A DNA stretch of 32,000 bases from Apilactobacillus kunkeei (GTDB taxonomy: Bacteria; Bacillota; Bacilli; Lactobacillales; Lactobacillaceae). The position numbers and the translations under genes were made by a program. Of the stretch, positions 29,685-32,000 are shown piece after piece. The notes under the pieces were generated by a model. That model was not told the origin of the DNA, did not search any database, and saw nothing but the letters and a program-made list of their open reading frames with translations. The stretch spans positions 36,257 through 68,256 of the forward strand of contig NZ_JXCW01000003.1 of the NCBI RefSeq assembly GCF_001421115.1. The letters are read 5' to 3'. The stretch's first letter is position 1. The number at the start of each line of letters is the position of its first letter.

Positions 29685-29696
29685 TGCCTACAAGGA

Positions 29697-29722
29697 GAAC
29701 ATTAGTTTTAGAAAGTTTGTTC
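29697..29722 (+). promoter_or_regulatory. Two adjacent LexA (Cheo-box-like) candidate operators upstream of uvrBA
   Basis: GAACATTAGTTT (29697-29708) and GAAAGTTTGTTC-G (29711-29722), each with one core mismatch to GAAC-N4-GTTC. The second sits immediately upstream of the candidate -10 element. Confidence 0.4.
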
Positions 29723-29725
29723 GTA

Positions 29726-29734
29726 TGTTAGAAT
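29726..29734 (+). promoter_or_regulatory. Candidate extended -10 promoter element for uvrBA
   Basis: TGTTAGAAT (TGnTAnAAT), 61 nt upstream of the uvrB TTG start. Confidence 0.4.
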
Positions 29735-29794
29735 ATTATTAAACTACAGTGAACGAGCCTAGAGCTCCGAGTTAAAAACAAAGGAGGACTTTGT

Positions 29795-31807
29795 TTGGAA
29801 ATAAAACGTGAAGAGAACAATAAATTTGATTTAGTTTCGAAATACAAACCTACTGGAGACCAACCTGAAGCAATTAGTAAGTTAACTAAGGGTGTATTGG
29901 ATGGTCAAAAGAACCAAATCTTATTAGGTGCTACTGGGACAGGTAAGACCTTTACCATTTCTAATGTGATTAAAAACGTTAATAAGCCCACATTGATTTT
30001 GTCTCATAATAAGACACTTGCTGGTCAACTATACAGTGAGTTTAAGGAATTCTTCCCTAACAATGCGGTTGAATACTTTGTCAGTTATTATGATTACTAT
30101 CAACCGGAAGCTTACGTTCCATCCAGTGATACCTACATTGAAAAGGATTCTTCAATCAATGATGAAATTGATAAACTTCGTCATGCGGCTACTAACTCAT
30201 TGCTTACTAGAAATGATGTTATTATCGTCGCATCCGTATCATCAATCTTTGGATTAGGTAGCCCTAAGGAATACTACAAGCACACCATTCCATTGAGTGT
30301 TGGTCAACAAATTGAAAGAGATGAACTACTTAGAAAGTTAGTCGAAATTCAATTTGATAGAAACGATATCGATTTCCAACGTGGTCGTTTCAGGGTCCAC
30401 GGGGATGTTGTCGACATTTTCCCAGCTTCTGGGGATCAACATGCATACCGAGTTGAATTCTTCGGTGATGAAATTGATTCAATCAAAGAAATCGATACAT
30501 TGACCGGTGAATTCATTGGTAAGAAAGACGACATCATCATCTTCCCAGCGACCCACTTCTTGACCGATGATCAAAACATGGATCACGCTTTAAAGGGCAT
30601 CAAGGAAGAAATGAAGGAACAAGTTGCCAAATTTGAAAAAGAGGGTAAGTTACTAGAAGCCCAACGCTTGAAGCAACGTACCACATACGATATCGAAATG
30701 ATGGCCGAAATGGGTTACACCAACGGGATTGAAAATTATTCCAGATATATGGATAACAGAAAACCGGGTGAAGCTCCTTACACATTACTAGATTTCTTCC
30801 CAGACGATTACTTGTTAGTTGTCGATGAATCTCACCAAACATTGCCACAAGTAGGTGGAATGTATAATGGTGATAAGGCCAGAAAAGAACGTTTAATCGA
30901 ATATGGATTCAGACTTCCAAGTGCTCTGGACAATCGTCCATTGAAGATGCCTGAATTCAAAGAACGTGTTAACCAAGCCATCTACATGTCAGCGACTCCT
31001 GGTCCACGTGAACTAGAAGAAACCGCTGAAAAGAACATCGTTCAACAAATCATTCGTCCAACTGGACTATTGGATCCAACTGTCGAAGTGCGTCCAATCA
31101 TGGGTCAGATGGATGACTTAGTTGGTGAAATCAACGAACGAATTGCCAAGAACGAAAGAACGTTTGTAACCACCTTGACCAAGAAGATGTCCGAAGATTT
31201 AACCGACTATCTAAAGGACTTAGGAATTAAGGTTGCATACCTACATTCTGACGTTAAGACGCTTGAACGTACCAGAATTATTCGTGATCTTCGTTTGGGT
31301 AAATACGATGTATTGGTTGGAATTAACCTTCTAAGAGAAGGAATCGACGTTCCTGAAGTATCCTTGGTTGCCATCTTGGATGCCGATAAGGAAGGTTTCC
31401 TAAGAAATGAACGTTCATTAATTCAAACCATTGGTCGTGCCGCCAGAAATGAAAATGGTGCGGTTATTATGTATGCTGATAACATGACCGACTCAATGCA
31501 AAAAGCGATTGATGAAACCGCTAGAAGAAGAAGTATTCAAAAGAAATATAACGAAGACCATGGTATTACACCACATACCATCAAGAAGCCAATTAGAGAC
31601 CTTATTAGTTACGACAATAATAAGAATGACGATTCTTCAGAAGACCACTCATTTGTAGAATCAGACTTCCAAAAGCTATCTAAGAAGGATCAAAAGCAAA
31701 TGATTGAAACATTGACCAAAGAAATGAAGCATGCAGCTGCTAAACTTGATTTCGAAAAGGCGGCAGCTTTGCGTGATACTGTCATGGAATTAAAGGGTCA
31801 AATGTAA
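29795..31807 (+). CDS. uvrB: Excinuclease ABC subunit B
   Basis: 670 aa. TTG start 6 nt after [17 protein letters not shown] Walker A, DESHQT box, [10 protein letters not shown] beta-hairpin region, helicase C motifs, and the C-terminal UVR domain (FEKAAALRD). Confidence 0.98.
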   Translation: MEIKREENNKFDLVSKYKPTGDQPEAISKLTKGVLDGQKNQILLGATGTGKTFTISNVIKNVNKPTLILSHNKTLAGQLYSEFKEFFPNNAVEYFVSYYDYYQPEAYVPSSDTYIEKDSSINDEIDKLRHAATNSLLTRNDVIIVASVSSIFGLGSPKEYYKHTIPLSVGQQIERDELLRKLVEIQFDRNDIDFQRGRFRVHGDVVDIFPASGDQHAYRVEFFGDEIDSIKEIDTLTGEFIGKKDDIIIFPATHFLTDDQNMDHALKGIKEEMKEQVAKFEKEGKLLEAQRLKQRTTYDIEMMAEMGYTNGIENYSRYMDNRKPGEAPYTLLDFFPDDYLLVVDESHQTLPQVGGMYNGDKARKERLIEYGFRLPSALDNRPLKMPEFKERVNQAIYMSATPGPRELEETAEKNIVQQIIRPTGLLDPTVEVRPIMGQMDDLVGEINERIAKNERTFVTTLTKKMSEDLTDYLKDLGIKVAYLHSDVKTLERTRIIRDLRLGKYDVLVGINLLREGIDVPEVSLVAILDADKEGFLRNERSLIQTIGRAARNENGAVIMYADNMTDSMQKAIDETARRRSIQKKYNEDHGITPHTIKKPIRDLISYDNNKNDDSSEDHSFVESDFQKLSKKDQKQMIETLTKEMKHAAAKLDFEKAAALRDTVMELKGQM

Positions 31808-31819
31808 GGGGGCAAAAAC

Positions 31820-32000
31820 TTGCAAAACGATAAAATTGTCATTAAAGGTGCTAGAGCACATAACTTAAAAGACATCAGTGTTGAAATTCCTAAGAACAAA
31901 TTGACTGTTATGACCGGTTTATCAGGTTCAGGAAAGAGTTCATTGGCATTCGATACACTATATGCTGAAGGACAACGTCGATACGTTGAAAGTTTGTCTT
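31820..32000 (+). CDS. uvrA: Excinuclease ABC subunit A; 5' partial, continues beyond the window
   Basis: TTG start 7 nt after AAGGGGG. The translation [60 protein letters not shown] is the canonical UvrA N-terminus with its Walker A motif. It is not in the ORF track because it is truncated. Confidence 0.95.
   Translation, partial: MQNDKIVIKGARAHNLKDISVEIPKNKLTVMTGLSGSGKSSLAFDTLYAEGQRRYVESLS

Overview
AT-rich core chromosome segment of a low-GC Firmicute. Gene order and protein sequences (GroEL, SecA, Rex, HprK) fit a Lactobacillaceae-type genome; the species cannot be determined by eye. I support 35 protein-coding genes, two cut by the window edges, plus one small SRP RNA. All but two genes are on the + strand. 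In order: methyltransferase 3' end, tadA, SRP RNA, dnaX-ybaB-recR-yaaL, tmk-darA-holB-yabA-rsmI-acyl-ACP thioesterase, tsaB-rimI-tsaD, a reverse-strand ABC-F ATPase, rex, groES-groEL behind a CIRCE operator, tagO, reverse-strand yigZ, comFA-comFC, secA, prfB with its programmed +1 frameshift, a PDZ membrane protein, a PspC-domain protein, a YvlD/holin-4_2 protein, hprK-lgt-gpsA, galU, trxB, uvrB and the start of uvrA. Clear rho-independent terminators delimit the operons. Several ORF-track N-termini look over-extended (tadA, ABC-F, rex, groES, lgt, possibly tsaD, rimI and comFA). I see no tRNA or rRNA genes, IS elements or transposons, prophage, CRISPR, toxin-antitoxin or defence-island signatures. 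There is no compositional island, and no long non-coding stretch is left unexplained. I therefore do not claim a novel system in this window; it reads as conserved housekeeping sequence. The items most worth a second look are modest: the uncharacterised PDZ-PspC-YvlD membrane gene trio between prfB and hprK; candidate LexA boxes upstream of uvrBA; a perfect inverted repeat upstream of trxB; a Rex-like half-site in the rex/ABC-F divergent promoter region; and apparent gene loss relative to Bacillus-type synteny (ricT, yabB, yazA, hpf).
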